Counted from the first letter of the stretch, positions 43,765 through 53,175 are shown. The stretch is DNA of 64,000 bases from Eubacteriales bacterium (GCA_045542315.1 JAZQKU010000043.1:3041-67040), one strand, 5' to 3'. Notes: generated by a model from the letters alone, not told the origin. Made by a program: numbers and translations.

Positions 43765-46700
43765 ATGAAATTTAAAAAGTTTTTAGCTGTTTTATCAGTT
43801 CTCGTAATGGTTTTACCCCTTTTCTCGTTCATGGCCTCTGCCGATACAAAGGCTGACAAGGAAGTTTACGAATTCCCCGCACAAAGCCTTGCCGAGCTTG
43901 AAATCGATTGGGATAACCCCATTGCGGAAAACGGCAGCCTTAAAATGTACTTCGTACGTTACAGCGGCCTTGCAAAGGAAACCCAATTTGCCGCAGATAA
44001 GGTCATAGTTGACCGCCTCACCGGCATTACCGACGCTATTTATATAGAAGAGGTCGGTGAGACAAGACCCTCCGGACTTATCGTTGGCGGAATGATAACT
44101 CCCGCAAACGGTATAACGAGCGACCTTCAAAAGGCAAATTTTGCCGCAGGCACTCTCGTTACCGAGATCGACGATCAGCCCATCACCTCTATTGAGGACT
44201 ACGTTAAGGTTCTTGAATCAAAGAAGCTTGGCGATAAGATCAAGCTTTCCTACGTTAACAGAAGCGGCGACAAGAACGACTCTGCCAGCGAAACGATTAC
44301 CGATGAAAACGCTACCGCTCCCAAGTCGCTCGTAATGAAGGACTATTACAAGCAGAACCTTACCACCAACGAATTCGGCGTGGTTCTCGGAAGCCTTAAG
44401 GTTCCCGAGGGAATGACCGAGGCTGAGTTCAAAAAGATCGTTAAGGCTCCCGCAGGCGCAATTATCGTAGGCGCCGAGTATAAGGTTGAGATCAAAAAGG
44501 CAAGCGGCGCTGCGATCAAGGACCCCGCAACCGGCGAAGCTCCCGCAAGCAACAAGGGAGAACAGAAGATCAAAGAAGTCGAGTCTGTCGATCAGCTTAT
44601 TGAGTTTATCGAAAACTTCGAAAGAGATTATGCATATTACACCGGCATCCGCCAGGAGAAAAACACCATCTCCGTTTCCTTCAAGATAACCTATCAGTTT
44701 TACGAGGAAAAGAGCGCTACCGTTACCGCAGGCGTTCAGACCGATTCACTTTTCGTTCTCGACAGCCAGAATCCCGAGGCTCCCTATCTTTGGAGAGCGG
44801 GCGTTGACGAGACCGAGTACGACATCGCAGACCCCAACATCGTAGGACGTTGGAAGAACATTATGAGATCTCTCGTAGTTCTTTATGCCGACCAGCTTCG
44901 CGCAGAGTCTGCTACCGGTACAAAGGTAACCTACTCCTCTGCAGACGATAAGGAATGCACAACGAACTACGCCGTTAAAAACGGCAAGCTTATTTACAGC
45001 GTTGATTTCAAAAACGCAGAGATAAAATTCGACGTTGAGTTCGGTCTTGTTGACGGAAGCTTCTACGGAAAGATCCTTAATAAATCCATCAGCGAATACG
45101 ACGACGGCGAAGGCGCAAAGAGAATAATCGATATTGAGCTTATGCCCTTCTTCGGAGCGGTAAACAGCGTAAGAAACGGTTATTCCATCGTTCCCGACGG
45201 CTCGGGCATGATGATAAACTTTGCCGAAAACGTAAACAGCATCTACGCCAAGGAATACGCCTTCTCGGTTGGCGGAAGCGATATTCTTGATATGGATAAA
45301 TACCTCAAGAATAAAAACCTTCTCGAAAACACCAACCTTCCCGTATTCGGTATGGCAAACCTCGATAAAAACGTTGCATTCGTCGGTTATTCGGCTACGG
45401 CTGACGCCGAGGCTTCGGTAATTACCTCTCCCGCAGGCTATGCGGTTGATATCTACCGTTCTTCTCTCCGCTTCCGTTACCGCTACACCACCGATATTCT
45501 CGCAACCAACATCACCACCACCGGCGCAGGAAATGCGATCGACCGTACCCAGAACCTCAATATCAAGCGTATTGCAGGTAAGAGATACACCAACGAGATC
45601 GTTTGCGATAAGGACCATGAGGTTCGCTACAAGCTCCTCTCGGGTGAAAACGCAAACTACAGCGGAATGGCTAACGCCTACAGAAGCTACCTCATTGCAA
45701 ACGGCGATCTCAAGAAGAATATTCTCGCAAACGAGGATATGCCCATAATGATCGACTTCTTTATGGCAACCTGGGAAAGCCAGATACTCTTTACAAAGAT
45801 CGTAAAGATGACCTCTTTTGCAGACGCAAAGGAAATTGCCGCTGACCTTTATGATAACGGCGTTACCAACATTTACGCAAACTTCGTTGGCTACGTCAAG
45901 GGCGGTTACGGCAAGAACCCGAGAATCTGGCCTATTGAAAATGCAATAGGCGGCGCAAACGGCGCAAGAGATTTTGCCGAGTTTGCAGATGCAAAGAATA
46001 TCAAATCGCTTCTTTCGATCGAGCCTATTCTTGCTTCTCTCGATAACGGCGGCTTCTCAACCAAGAACGATATCGTAAACTTCGGTAACTCCGTTGCAGT
46101 TTCCGATAAGAAGGGCGATAAGTATTTCCTTAACGCTCCCGCAGTTTTGAAGAAGCTCAACGGCTTCACCAAAAACGTTGATTCCATCAACTTCAGCGGC
46201 GTTGCTCTTGAGACCATAGGCAATATGCTCACCCAGAACTACAAGGGTAAGGCGCTTATCGAAACCAGAACCGACACCTTGAACAGATGGGACGAGGCTC
46301 TTAAGAATCTTTCGGAAAAGACCGATATGCTCGCAGTAGAGGGCGCATCGCTTTACAGCCTTAAGTATTCGAACCACATTCTCGGAATGCCCAACAAGTC
46401 TTCCGAATATCACATCACCTATAAGTCGGTTCCCTTCGTTCAGCTTATACTTCACGGCTTTGTAACCTACACCGACGAGCCTATCAACCTCTTCTACGAC
46501 CAGAACGTCCAGAAGCTTCAGCTCATTGAGTACGGTTGCATTCCTTACTACAAGATAACCAAGGAAGCCACCGAGAAGCTTAAGCTTGCTGATTATAACG
46601 AGCTCTTCTCCTCCGAGTATTCGCAGTGGAAAGAGGATATCGTATCCTTCTACACGGAATGCAACGAAAAGCTTGCAGAGGTCTGGAATCAGCCGATGGT

Positions 46701-46833
46701 ATATCACGAAAATAACGGCACCACAGCTATAGTAAGATATGAAAACGGCAAAACTCTTCTTATCAACTATACCGCAGCCGAGCTTGTGATCGAAGGCGTC
46801 ACCGTTGGCGCATACGATTACGAGGTTAAATGA
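43765..46833 (+). CDS. 1022-aa secreted protein with PDZ-like segment and DUF5696-like C-terminal region
   Basis: Signal peptide and a PDZ-like GTLVTEIDDQPITSIEDYVKVLESKKLGDKIKLSY segment. The DUF5696 assignment is from recall of synteny with Yip1 and ABC permeases. Confidence 0.55.
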   Translation: MKFKKFLAVLSVLVMVLPLFSFMASADTKADKEVYEFPAQSLAELEIDWDNPIAENGSLKMYFVRYSGLAKETQFAADKVIVDRLTGITDAIYIEEVGETRPSGLIVGGMITPANGITSDLQKANFAAGTLVTEIDDQPITSIEDYVKVLESKKLGDKIKLSYVNRSGDKNDSASETITDENATAPKSLVMKDYYKQNLTTNEFGVVLGSLKVPEGMTEAEFKKIVKAPAGAIIVGAEYKVEIKKASGAAIKDPATGEAPASNKGEQKIKEVESVDQLIEFIENFERDYAYYTGIRQEKNTISVSFKITYQFYEEKSATVTAGVQTDSLFVLDSQNPEAPYLWRAGVDETEYDIADPNIVGRWKNIMRSLVVLYADQLRAESATGTKVTYSSADDKECTTNYAVKNGKLIYSVDFKNAEIKFDVEFGLVDGSFYGKILNKSISEYDDGEGAKRIIDIELMPFFGAVNSVRNGYSIVPDGSGMMINFAENVNSIYAKEYAFSVGGSDILDMDKYLKNKNLLENTNLPVFGMANLDKNVAFVGYSATADAEASVITSPAGYAVDIYRSSLRFRYRYTTDILATNITTTGAGNAIDRTQNLNIKRIAGKRYTNEIVCDKDHEVRYKLLSGENANYSGMANAYRSYLIANGDLKKNILANEDMPIMIDFFMATWESQILFTKIVKMTSFADAKEIAADLYDNGVTNIYANFVGYVKGGYGKNPRIWPIENAIGGANGARDFAEFADAKNIKSLLSIEPILASLDNGGFSTKNDIVNFGNSVAVSDKKGDKYFLNAPAVLKKLNGFTKNVDSINFSGVALETIGNMLTQNYKGKALIETRTDTLNRWDEALKNLSEKTDMLAVEGASLYSLKYSNHILGMPNKSSEYHITYKSVPFVQLILHGFVTYTDEPINLFYDQNVQKLQLIEYGCIPYYKITKEATEKLKLADYNELFSSEYSQWKEDIVSFYTECNEKLAEVWNQPMVYHENNGTTAIVRYENGKTLLINYTAAELVIEGVTVGAYDYEVK

Positions 46834-47966
46834 AAAGGGGTGAAGAAGAATTGAAAAACGATGAGAATAAAAACCTCGCGGAGTCGGCAGAGAATATTGC
46901 TCCCGTTTCCGAAAAGGTAGAAACCAAAAAAGAAAAGGCTCCCAAAGCTCCCAAAGCCCCCAAGGCTCCCAAGGAGAAGAAGGTAAAGGCCAAAAAAGAA
47001 CCCAAGCCCTATAAGGACCCCTCAAAGTTTACCGTATGGCTCAAGAGAAAGATAGATCTTGAAAAGAGAGCAGCTCTTGAAGGATATTTCTTCACCACGC
47101 CTCTTATAATCGGTCTTTTGGTCTTCTTTGCATTCCCCTTAGGTCTCTCGATTGTTTTAAGCTTCTCGGAGCTTGAAAAAATGGTTGGCTTTGAAATGCA
47201 CTGGATAGGCTTTAAAAACTACATCGACGTTGTTTTGAACGACGTGCGCTTCACAACGGCGCTTGGCGAGATCTTCTCCGATACCTTTATTAAAATTCCT
47301 CTTATAATTGTTTTCGCGCTTCTTCTTTCAATAATTATAAGCAGAAACATAAAGGGAAAAGGCTTCTTCCGAGTAGTATTCTTCCTCCCCTTCATATTGG
47401 GAACCGGATACGTTCTTGAGCAGCTTTATTCACTCGGCGTTGTGTCGCAGGCTCTTTCACTTGACTCCTCGTCGCTCATTCCTCCCTCGGTTATCGCTTA
47501 CCTCGGCGGCGACTTTACCGCAATGGTAAACGAGTTCCTCGGAATAATCGTTTCGGTTCTGTGGTCCTGCAGCGTTCAGATACTTATGTTCCTTTCGGGA
47601 CTTCAGAGCATTTCGCCCACTCTTTACGAGTCTGCCGGCGTTGACGGCGCTACCGAGTGGGAAAAATTCTGGAAGATAACTCTTCCGATGATAATGCCCA
47701 TCATGGTCGTTAACATCATCTACTCTATCTGCGATTCCTTCGTAAATGTTGAGAACGGAGTTCTCACCCTTATTAAGGACCTCACCTACGGTGCAGGCGC
47801 ACAGATGGAAAAGGCAGCCGCAATTTCCTGGATCTACACACTTATTATAATGGCATTCGTCGGCATAGTCTTCCTCTTCCTCGGAAGAAGCTACGGATCA
47901 GATACTACGAAAGGAGCGAATGAACGTGCAATCAGAAAAGCTAAAAAGCGCCGCTATAATTGGTAA
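46830..47966 (+). CDS. carbohydrate ABC transporter permease (MalF-like) with a 70-aa K/P-rich N-terminal extension
   Basis: ATGA overlap with the upstream stop. KAPKAPKAPKAPKEKK tract followed by 6 TM helices. Confidence 0.8.
   Translation: MKRGEEELKNDENKNLAESAENIAPVSEKVETKKEKAPKAPKAPKAPKEKKVKAKKEPKPYKDPSKFTVWLKRKIDLEKRAALEGYFFTTPLIIGLLVFFAFPLGLSIVLSFSELEKMVGFEMHWIGFKNYIDVVLNDVRFTTALGEIFSDTFIKIPLIIVFALLLSIIISRNIKGKGFFRVVFFLPFILGTGYVLEQLYSLGVVSQALSLDSSSLIPPSVIAYLGGDFTAMVNEFLGIIVSVLWSCSVQILMFLSGLQSISPTLYESAGVDGATEWEKFWKITLPMIMPIMVVNIIYSICDSFVNVENGVLTLIKDLTYGAGAQMEKAAAISWIYTLIIMAFVGIVFLFLGRSYGSDTTKGANERAIRKAKKRRYNW
46938..46973 (+). repeat. 4 x 9-bp tandem repeat encoding (A/K)PK
   Basis: GCTCCCAAA GCTCCCAAA GCCCCCAAG GCTCCCAAG. 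Confidence 0.8.
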
Positions 47967-48951
47967 GCTCTTTAAGAGAGAGCCCAAGCCCAAAAAGCCC
48001 CGCATGACAAAGGAAGAATTCGTGCAGACCTATAAGCGCAAGATCAAGCAGCCTCAGTTCTGGGGTTCCGTCGGTCTTAATATAGGAATGTATATCCTTC
48101 TTATCGGTATTGCATTCATCTTCCTTTACCCCTTTATATTTATGATAATAACCTCCTTGAAATCCAATTCCGACCTTATCGACCCCACCATCGGTTGGAT
48201 TCCGAGATATCTTCGCTGGGAAAACTATGCAATGGCGTTTAAGCTTATGGGCTTTACCAAATATATCGGTAACTCGGTGCTTATCACTCTTGTATGTACC
48301 CTCGGTCATCTTATATCCTGCACCTTCGTAGGATACGGTCTTGCGAGATTTAAATTCAAGGGAAGAGGACTTCTTTTCTTCCTCGTTATCCTTACCATTA
48401 TAATCCCGATTCAGACCACCATCACTCCCAGCTACATTATGTTTGCAAACATCAAGTGGCTCAATACCTTCCTTCCCACCTTCGTACCCTCCTTCCTCGG
48501 ACTCGGACTTAAGGGCGGTCTCTTCATCTTCCTTGCAAGAAACTTCCTTTTAGGACTCCCGAAGGAAATGGAAGAAGCAGCGAGAATCGACGGATGCTCT
48601 TTCATCGGCATATTCTTCAGAATAGTTGTTCCGATAGTAAGACCTCTTCTTCTCGTTATTCTCGTTCTTTCGCTCGTTTGGCACTGGAACGATTACTATG
48701 AGCCCTCGCTCTACTTCAAGCAGGATATGCAGCCTCTCTCAACCGGTATTAAAGAGCTTATAACTCTTTCGAAGCTTACCGACGAAGAACGCGAGAGAAT
48801 TCTCGGACGTCCCGTAACCGACGACGATATAGTTAACACCGCAACGGTTATGGCGGGAAGCTTCATTACCCTTACTCCCCTTATCGTAATGTTCATGTTC
48901 TTACAGAAGCAGTTCATTCAGGGCGTTGAGAGAACGGGTCTTGTTGAATAA
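47920..48951 (+). CDS. carbohydrate ABC transporter permease (MalG-like)
   Basis: EAARIDGCSFIGIFFRIVVP EAA motif. ATG follows AAAGGAG and lies 47 nt inside the upstream gene. Confidence 0.85.
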   Translation: MNVQSEKLKSAAIIGKLFKREPKPKKPRMTKEEFVQTYKRKIKQPQFWGSVGLNIGMYILLIGIAFIFLYPFIFMIITSLKSNSDLIDPTIGWIPRYLRWENYAMAFKLMGFTKYIGNSVLITLVCTLGHLISCTFVGYGLARFKFKGRGLLFFLVILTIIIPIQTTITPSYIMFANIKWLNTFLPTFVPSFLGLGLKGGLFIFLARNFLLGLPKEMEEAARIDGCSFIGIFFRIVVPIVRPLLLVILVLSLVWHWNDYYEPSLYFKQDMQPLSTGIKELITLSKLTDEERERILGRPVTDDDIVNTATVMAGSFITLTPLIVMFMFLQKQFIQGVERTGLVE

Positions 48952-49023
48952 TCAATAATTCTCCGCCGATGCATAACGGCATTGGCGGAGAATAAAAGCA
49001 AAAACAGAAAGAACGGTGTAAAA

Positions 49024-49800
49024 ATGATTATAGACGCACACGCACACATCGGCGAGATAAAGGACTTTCTTTGCTTTGACCCGTCGGTTGAAAACCTTTT
49101 AAAGAGAATGGACGAGCTTAAGGTTGACGTCGTTATCAATGCAGACTATTACGGTCTTGACGTTCCGGATTTTGACCGCGGCGCAGAGGTAAGCATCAAT
49201 CTTTACAACGTTTCAAACGGAAAGCTCGTAAACTATTTCAACTATAACCCCAAGCATATGGAAAAATGCCTCGAGGTCATTGAGAAATATCACGATCATC
49301 CCGCATTCGTTGGCATAAAGATCCACCCCTCCATGCACCACATCTTTGCAGACGACGAAAGCTACCGTCCCGTTTGGGAGATCGCAAAGAAATACGACCT
49401 TCCCATTATGTCGCACACCTGGGCGCTTTCCGATTACAACCCCCGTCAGAAGTTTGCTGTTCCCGGTCTCTTTGAGAAATATATCAAAGAATATCCCGAG
49501 GTTGACTTCATCTTCGGTCATTCGGGCGGCAGAACAGAGGGTGTAAGAGAGGCTGCGGCCTTGGCTGCAAAATATGCAAACGCATACCTCGATATAGCAG
49601 GCGATCCTTTTGAGTTCGGCGTTGTTGATTACCTTGTCAAAAACGGCGGCGAGGATAAGGTCCTCTTCGGAACCGACGTTTTCTGGTTCGACTTTTCTCC
49701 CCAGCTCGGAATGGTGCTCGGCGCCAACATTTCCGACGAAGCAAAGGAAAAGGTATTTAAGACAAACGCTCTCAAGGTGTTTAAAAAGCTTAACAAATAA
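49024..49800 (+). CDS. amidohydrolase-family metal-dependent hydrolase
   Basis: MIIDAHAHIGE N-terminal HxH motif, with later H and D ligands (GHSGG, GTDVFW). Confidence 0.75.
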   Translation: MIIDAHAHIGEIKDFLCFDPSVENLLKRMDELKVDVVINADYYGLDVPDFDRGAEVSINLYNVSNGKLVNYFNYNPKHMEKCLEVIEKYHDHPAFVGIKIHPSMHHIFADDESYRPVWEIAKKYDLPIMSHTWALSDYNPRQKFAVPGLFEKYIKEYPEVDFIFGHSGGRTEGVREAAALAAKYANAYLDIAGDPFEFGVVDYLVKNGGEDKVLFGTDVFWFDFSPQLGMVLGANISDEAKEKVFKTNALKVFKKLNK

Positions 49801-49804
49801 TCGT

Positions 49805-49836
49805 AAATCCTCCGCGAAAAGCGGAGGATTTTATTT
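49805..49836 (+). terminator. rho-independent terminator
   Basis: AAATCCTCCGC-GAAAA-GCGGAGGATTT stem followed by TAT. Confidence 0.75.
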
Positions 49837-49839
49837 GTA

Positions 49840-49868
49840 TTGACATATTTTAAATAGTATGCTATAAT
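49840..49868 (+). promoter_or_regulatory. sigma-A type promoter of the glmS leader
   Basis: TTGACA, 17 bp spacer, TATAAT (consensus). Confidence 0.6.
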
Positions 49869-49899
49869 ATTATAAAAGAAAGCAGTGAATGCAAGGTAT

Positions 49900-50100
49900 A
49901 TACGTAGCGCCGGCTCCGCGAAAAGCGGAGGACGAGGACGGGGATCATCGAAATTTTCGGCGGATATTCCCGCGGCTTGAGGCAGTCGAAAGACAGAGGC
50001 AAATACCCCTGTAAAGGGGCAACAGATCCTGCTGTCACGCCTTTTGCATTCACCTGACTTTTAGGGGCATTAAGCCCCGCGGCAAGTGAAGCACGCAGTT
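49900..50100 (+). ncRNA. glmS ribozyme (GlcN6P-dependent self-cleaving riboswitch)
   Basis: A|GCGCC cleavage-site motif at 49906/49907, a P1 hairpin CTCCGC-GAAA-AGCGGAG, and the conserved core GACGAGGACGGGGATCATCGAAATTTTCGGCGGATATTCCCGCGG. It lies directly upstream of glmS. The 3' boundary is approximate. Confidence 0.85.
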
Positions 50101-50168
50101 TAAAAGCTCGCACCTTTTAAGCTGCAGGCTTTGTTGTGCTTGCCTGAAAAAGAAAGGTGGATTTTTTT

Positions 50169-51971
50169 ATGTGCGGAATTGTTGGTTACAGCGGAAAAAG
50201 AGAAGCTAAAGAGGTGCTTGTAAGCGGCCTCTCAAAGCTCGAATACAGAGGCTACGACTCGGCGGGTATTGCCGTTTCAAAGGCTTCGGGCGTGGAAACG
50301 GTCAAATCGAAGGGCAGACTTCTTGAGCTTACCAAAAAGCTTGAGGCTCTGGATATGAGCGGAAACGTCGGCATCGGTCACACGAGATGGGCAACCCACG
50401 GCGAGCCCTCCGATGCAAACTCTCACCCCCACAGAAGCGGAAGAGTAACTCTCGTACACAACGGCATTATTGAAAACTATATGCAGCTTAAGGAAAAGCT
50501 TATAAACAAGGGCAAGACCTTCGAGTCGGATACCGATACCGAGGTAGTCGTCGCGCTTATCGACCATTATTACTCCGATGACCCCATTGCCGCCATCTAT
50601 AAGGCAATAGGCAAGCTTCGCGGCTCCTACGCTCTTGCTATAATTTTCGACGATATCCCCGACACCGTTTACGCAATAAGAAAGGACAGCCCTTTGGTTA
50701 TCGGCGTCGGCAAGGAGGAGATAATAATCGCCTCCGATATCCCCGCATTCCTTTCGGAAACGAGGGATTACTATCTTCTTGACGAGGGCGAGCTTGCCAT
50801 CGTTAAAAACGGTGCGGTAAGATTTACCGACGAGTGGCTTACCGAGCGCAAAAAGGAGCTTCTCACCGCATCGTGGGATATTGAGGCGGCTGAAAAATGC
50901 GGATATCCCCACTTTATGCTAAAGGAAATGCACGAGCAGCCCAAAACGCTTAAGGACACGATATTCCCCCGCATAGGCGAAAAAGGCGAAATACTTAAAA
51001 ACGAGCTTAAAGACACCTCTTATATCAAAAGACTTCACATCGTAGGCTGCGGAAGCGCAATGCACGCAGGCCTCTTGGGCAAGGCGTTTATTGAAAAATA
51101 TGCGCGCGTTCCCGTTTCGGTTGAGATAGCTTCGGAATTCCGCTATGCAAATCCCGTTCTTTCGGAGGGCGACGTTATCGTGCTTATCTCCCAGTCGGGC
51201 GAAACGGCAGACAGTCTTGCCGTTATCAAGCTTGCAAAGGAGCTTAATATTCCCACTATCGGCATCGTAAACGTTGTAGGTTCCTCTATTGCAAGAGCGG
51301 CCGACACCGTTATCTACACCAATGCAGGCCCCGAGATCGCGGTTGCGACCACCAAAGCATACACCGCACAGGTTTCTGTCCTCTATCTTTTGGGACTCCG
51401 CCTTGCAGCCGACAGAAAGACGATTTCCGATTCCGATTACAATGATATCGTGAATGCACTTAAGGTCCTTCCCGAGAATGCCGAGAAGGTGCTTGAAAAG
51501 GAAGAGGACTACAAGCGTCTTGCATCGGTCTATCAGAACGCGAAGGATATGTTCTTCATCGGCAGAGGTCAGGACAGCGCTCTCTGTTGCGAGGGCTCCT
51601 TGAAGCTCAAGGAGATATCTTATATGCACTCCGAGGCCTATGCGGCAGGCGAGCTTAAGCACGGCACCATCTCGCTTATCACCGACGGTGTTCCCGTTGT
51701 CGCCGTTGCGACCACCGAGGCAATGTTTGAAAAGACGGTAAGCAACATAAAAGAAGTCACCTCCCGCGGTGCCGACGTTGTATTTGTCACCCAGTTTGAC
51801 GATGCGGGCGGCTTCTATAAGGATAAGATACAGCTCCCCGCTATCCACGAGGCAATAATGCCTATCCTTGCGATAATTCCCTTGCAGCTCTTTGCCTATT
51901 ACGTTTCGATAGACAGAGGCTGTGACGTTGACAAGCCCAGAAATCTCGCAAAATCGGTAACTGTTGAATAA
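50169..51971 (+). CDS. glmS: glutamine--fructose-6-phosphate aminotransferase
   Basis: MCGIVGY N-terminal nucleophile Cys, two SIS domains and the C-terminal KSVTVE motif. Confidence 0.95.
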   Translation: MCGIVGYSGKREAKEVLVSGLSKLEYRGYDSAGIAVSKASGVETVKSKGRLLELTKKLEALDMSGNVGIGHTRWATHGEPSDANSHPHRSGRVTLVHNGIIENYMQLKEKLINKGKTFESDTDTEVVVALIDHYYSDDPIAAIYKAIGKLRGSYALAIIFDDIPDTVYAIRKDSPLVIGVGKEEIIIASDIPAFLSETRDYYLLDEGELAIVKNGAVRFTDEWLTERKKELLTASWDIEAAEKCGYPHFMLKEMHEQPKTLKDTIFPRIGEKGEILKNELKDTSYIKRLHIVGCGSAMHAGLLGKAFIEKYARVPVSVEIASEFRYANPVLSEGDVIVLISQSGETADSLAVIKLAKELNIPTIGIVNVVGSSIARAADTVIYTNAGPEIAVATTKAYTAQVSVLYLLGLRLAADRKTISDSDYNDIVNALKVLPENAEKVLEKEEDYKRLASVYQNAKDMFFIGRGQDSALCCEGSLKLKEISYMHSEAYAAGELKHGTISLITDGVPVVAVATTEAMFEKTVSNIKEVTSRGADVVFVTQFDDAGGFYKDKIQLPAIHEAIMPILAIIPLQLFAYYVSIDRGCDVDKPRNLAKSVTVE

Positions 51972-51974
51972 AAG

Positions 51975-52006
51975 AAAAAACCTGCTCGTTTAGAGCAGGT
52001 TTTTCT
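51975..52006. terminator. bidirectional rho-independent terminator
   Basis: AAAAACCTGCTC / GAGCAGGTTTTT stem. Confidence 0.75.
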
Positions 52007-52017
52007 TATGCTTAAGG

Positions 52018-52872
52018 TTAATTTTCCTTTTTCCTTGAACTGACGGCGCTTACAAAATAGCCAAGAAAAACGGCTATTACGGGTAAGACGGCAGATGCAA
52101 CCAAATAGAATTGTTCATAGGAGTAGTCTGCGATTGCAAAAGCGGCGACGGCTAAGGCGGATATGGGCAAGATTACGGCAAGCTGAATTGCAAGCGGCTT
52201 TTTGTTTATAAAAAACCACAGAATGACGGCTGTTAAGATAAGAAAGACGGCGACAAGACCGGCTGCGAGAGAAAATCCGTATCTTGAGTCGGCAGGTCTT
52301 GTGAAAATGCCGTAAAGACGTAAGCCCGCGCCTGCAAGAGAAGCAGCGGAAATAATTGAAAAGATTATCAAGGAAAGGGGGGTTGGCTTTCTTGAAAGCT
52401 TGAATTCAAAGCCGTAGACCGTGCGGTAAACCAAAAGCTGAACGAGTGATATAATGAGATATATCACGGAAGCAGCCGAAGCCAAAGCCAAAATGGTAAC
52501 GCCTATTCCCTGACCGAGATCTGCCCAGATCCCCGGCGGACCGAGTATCGTGCCTTGAGAGGACTCGTGGAGAGAAGAAAGGTCAATGGTGGAAAATATA
52601 ACAGGTATGACGTTTAAAACCGAAGCGAAGACATAAATCCATTCGGTTTTTCTGCTGCGCTGTGCAATCGAAAGAGCGACGGGAGTGAAAAATGAGCCGA
52701 TAGCGCCGCCGAAGACCAATGCCAACGGGATCACGATTAAAAAGCCGTATAAAAGGTTTAAAAAGTCGTGGCCGTTTGACAGTACCTTAATAACTATCGG
52801 CCCCGGGAACCAAAAGATCAAGGCTAATACCGTGACGGCGATAGCCGCACCGTTTTTGTTTTTTAAGTTCAT
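52018..52872 (-). CDS. hypothetical polytopic membrane protein
   Basis: 284 aa, about 8 TM helices. No family recognised. Confidence 0.5.
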   Translation of the reverse strand: MNLKNKNGAAIAVTVLALIFWFPGPIVIKVLSNGHDFLNLLYGFLIVIPLALVFGGAIGSFFTPVALSIAQRSRKTEWIYVFASVLNVIPVIFSTIDLSSLHESSQGTILGPPGIWADLGQGIGVTILALASAASVIYLIISLVQLLVYRTVYGFEFKLSRKPTPLSLIIFSIISAASLAGAGLRLYGIFTRPADSRYGFSLAAGLVAVFLILTAVILWFFINKKPLAIQLAVILPISALAVAAFAIADYSYEQFYLVASAVLPVIAVFLGYFVSAVSSRKKEN

Positions 52873-52940
52873 AAAATCACTTCCTTTGTTGTGGTAATTC
52901 TATTATACAGTAGCCGCACGGAGTTGTCAACCAAGGGAAT

Positions 52941-52959
52941 TTTGTGCAGATTGCACAAA
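52941..52959. promoter_or_regulatory. 19-bp palindrome TTTGTGCA-GAT-TGCACAAA
   Basis: Perfect 8-bp arms identical to those at 22938-22956. It lies in the divergent intergenic region 69 bp from the 52872 start codon. Confidence 0.45.
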
Positions 52960-53146
52960 AAACGGGGGAGTAAGAACGCAAAAGGGGCATTTTTGGGGGA
53001 GTTACTCCGTAAATTATACACAGAGTATATTTTTTTCAAGCCGAATTTGTAACATTAAACAAAACGGCAACGCCGCTTTAAAAAACGGCAGTATGTTAAT
53101 TTGTTAACAAACTTTTTGAAAAATATGCGTATTTTGCGGTTTTTGC

Positions 53147-53175
53147 TTGACAAATTGGGGTTAATCGTTTATAAT
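53147..53175 (+). promoter_or_regulatory. sigma-A type promoter
   Basis: TTGACA, 17 bp spacer, TATAAT (consensus). Confidence 0.6.

Noticed and set aside
48961-48990. Hairpin CTCCGCCGATGC...GCATTGGCGGAG between the last permease and the amidohydrolase, considered as an internal terminator or attenuator
   Set aside because: It has one mismatch and no T-run. The downstream gene has no promoter of its own that I can see. It is more likely a stabilising structure, and the evidence is too weak to annotate.
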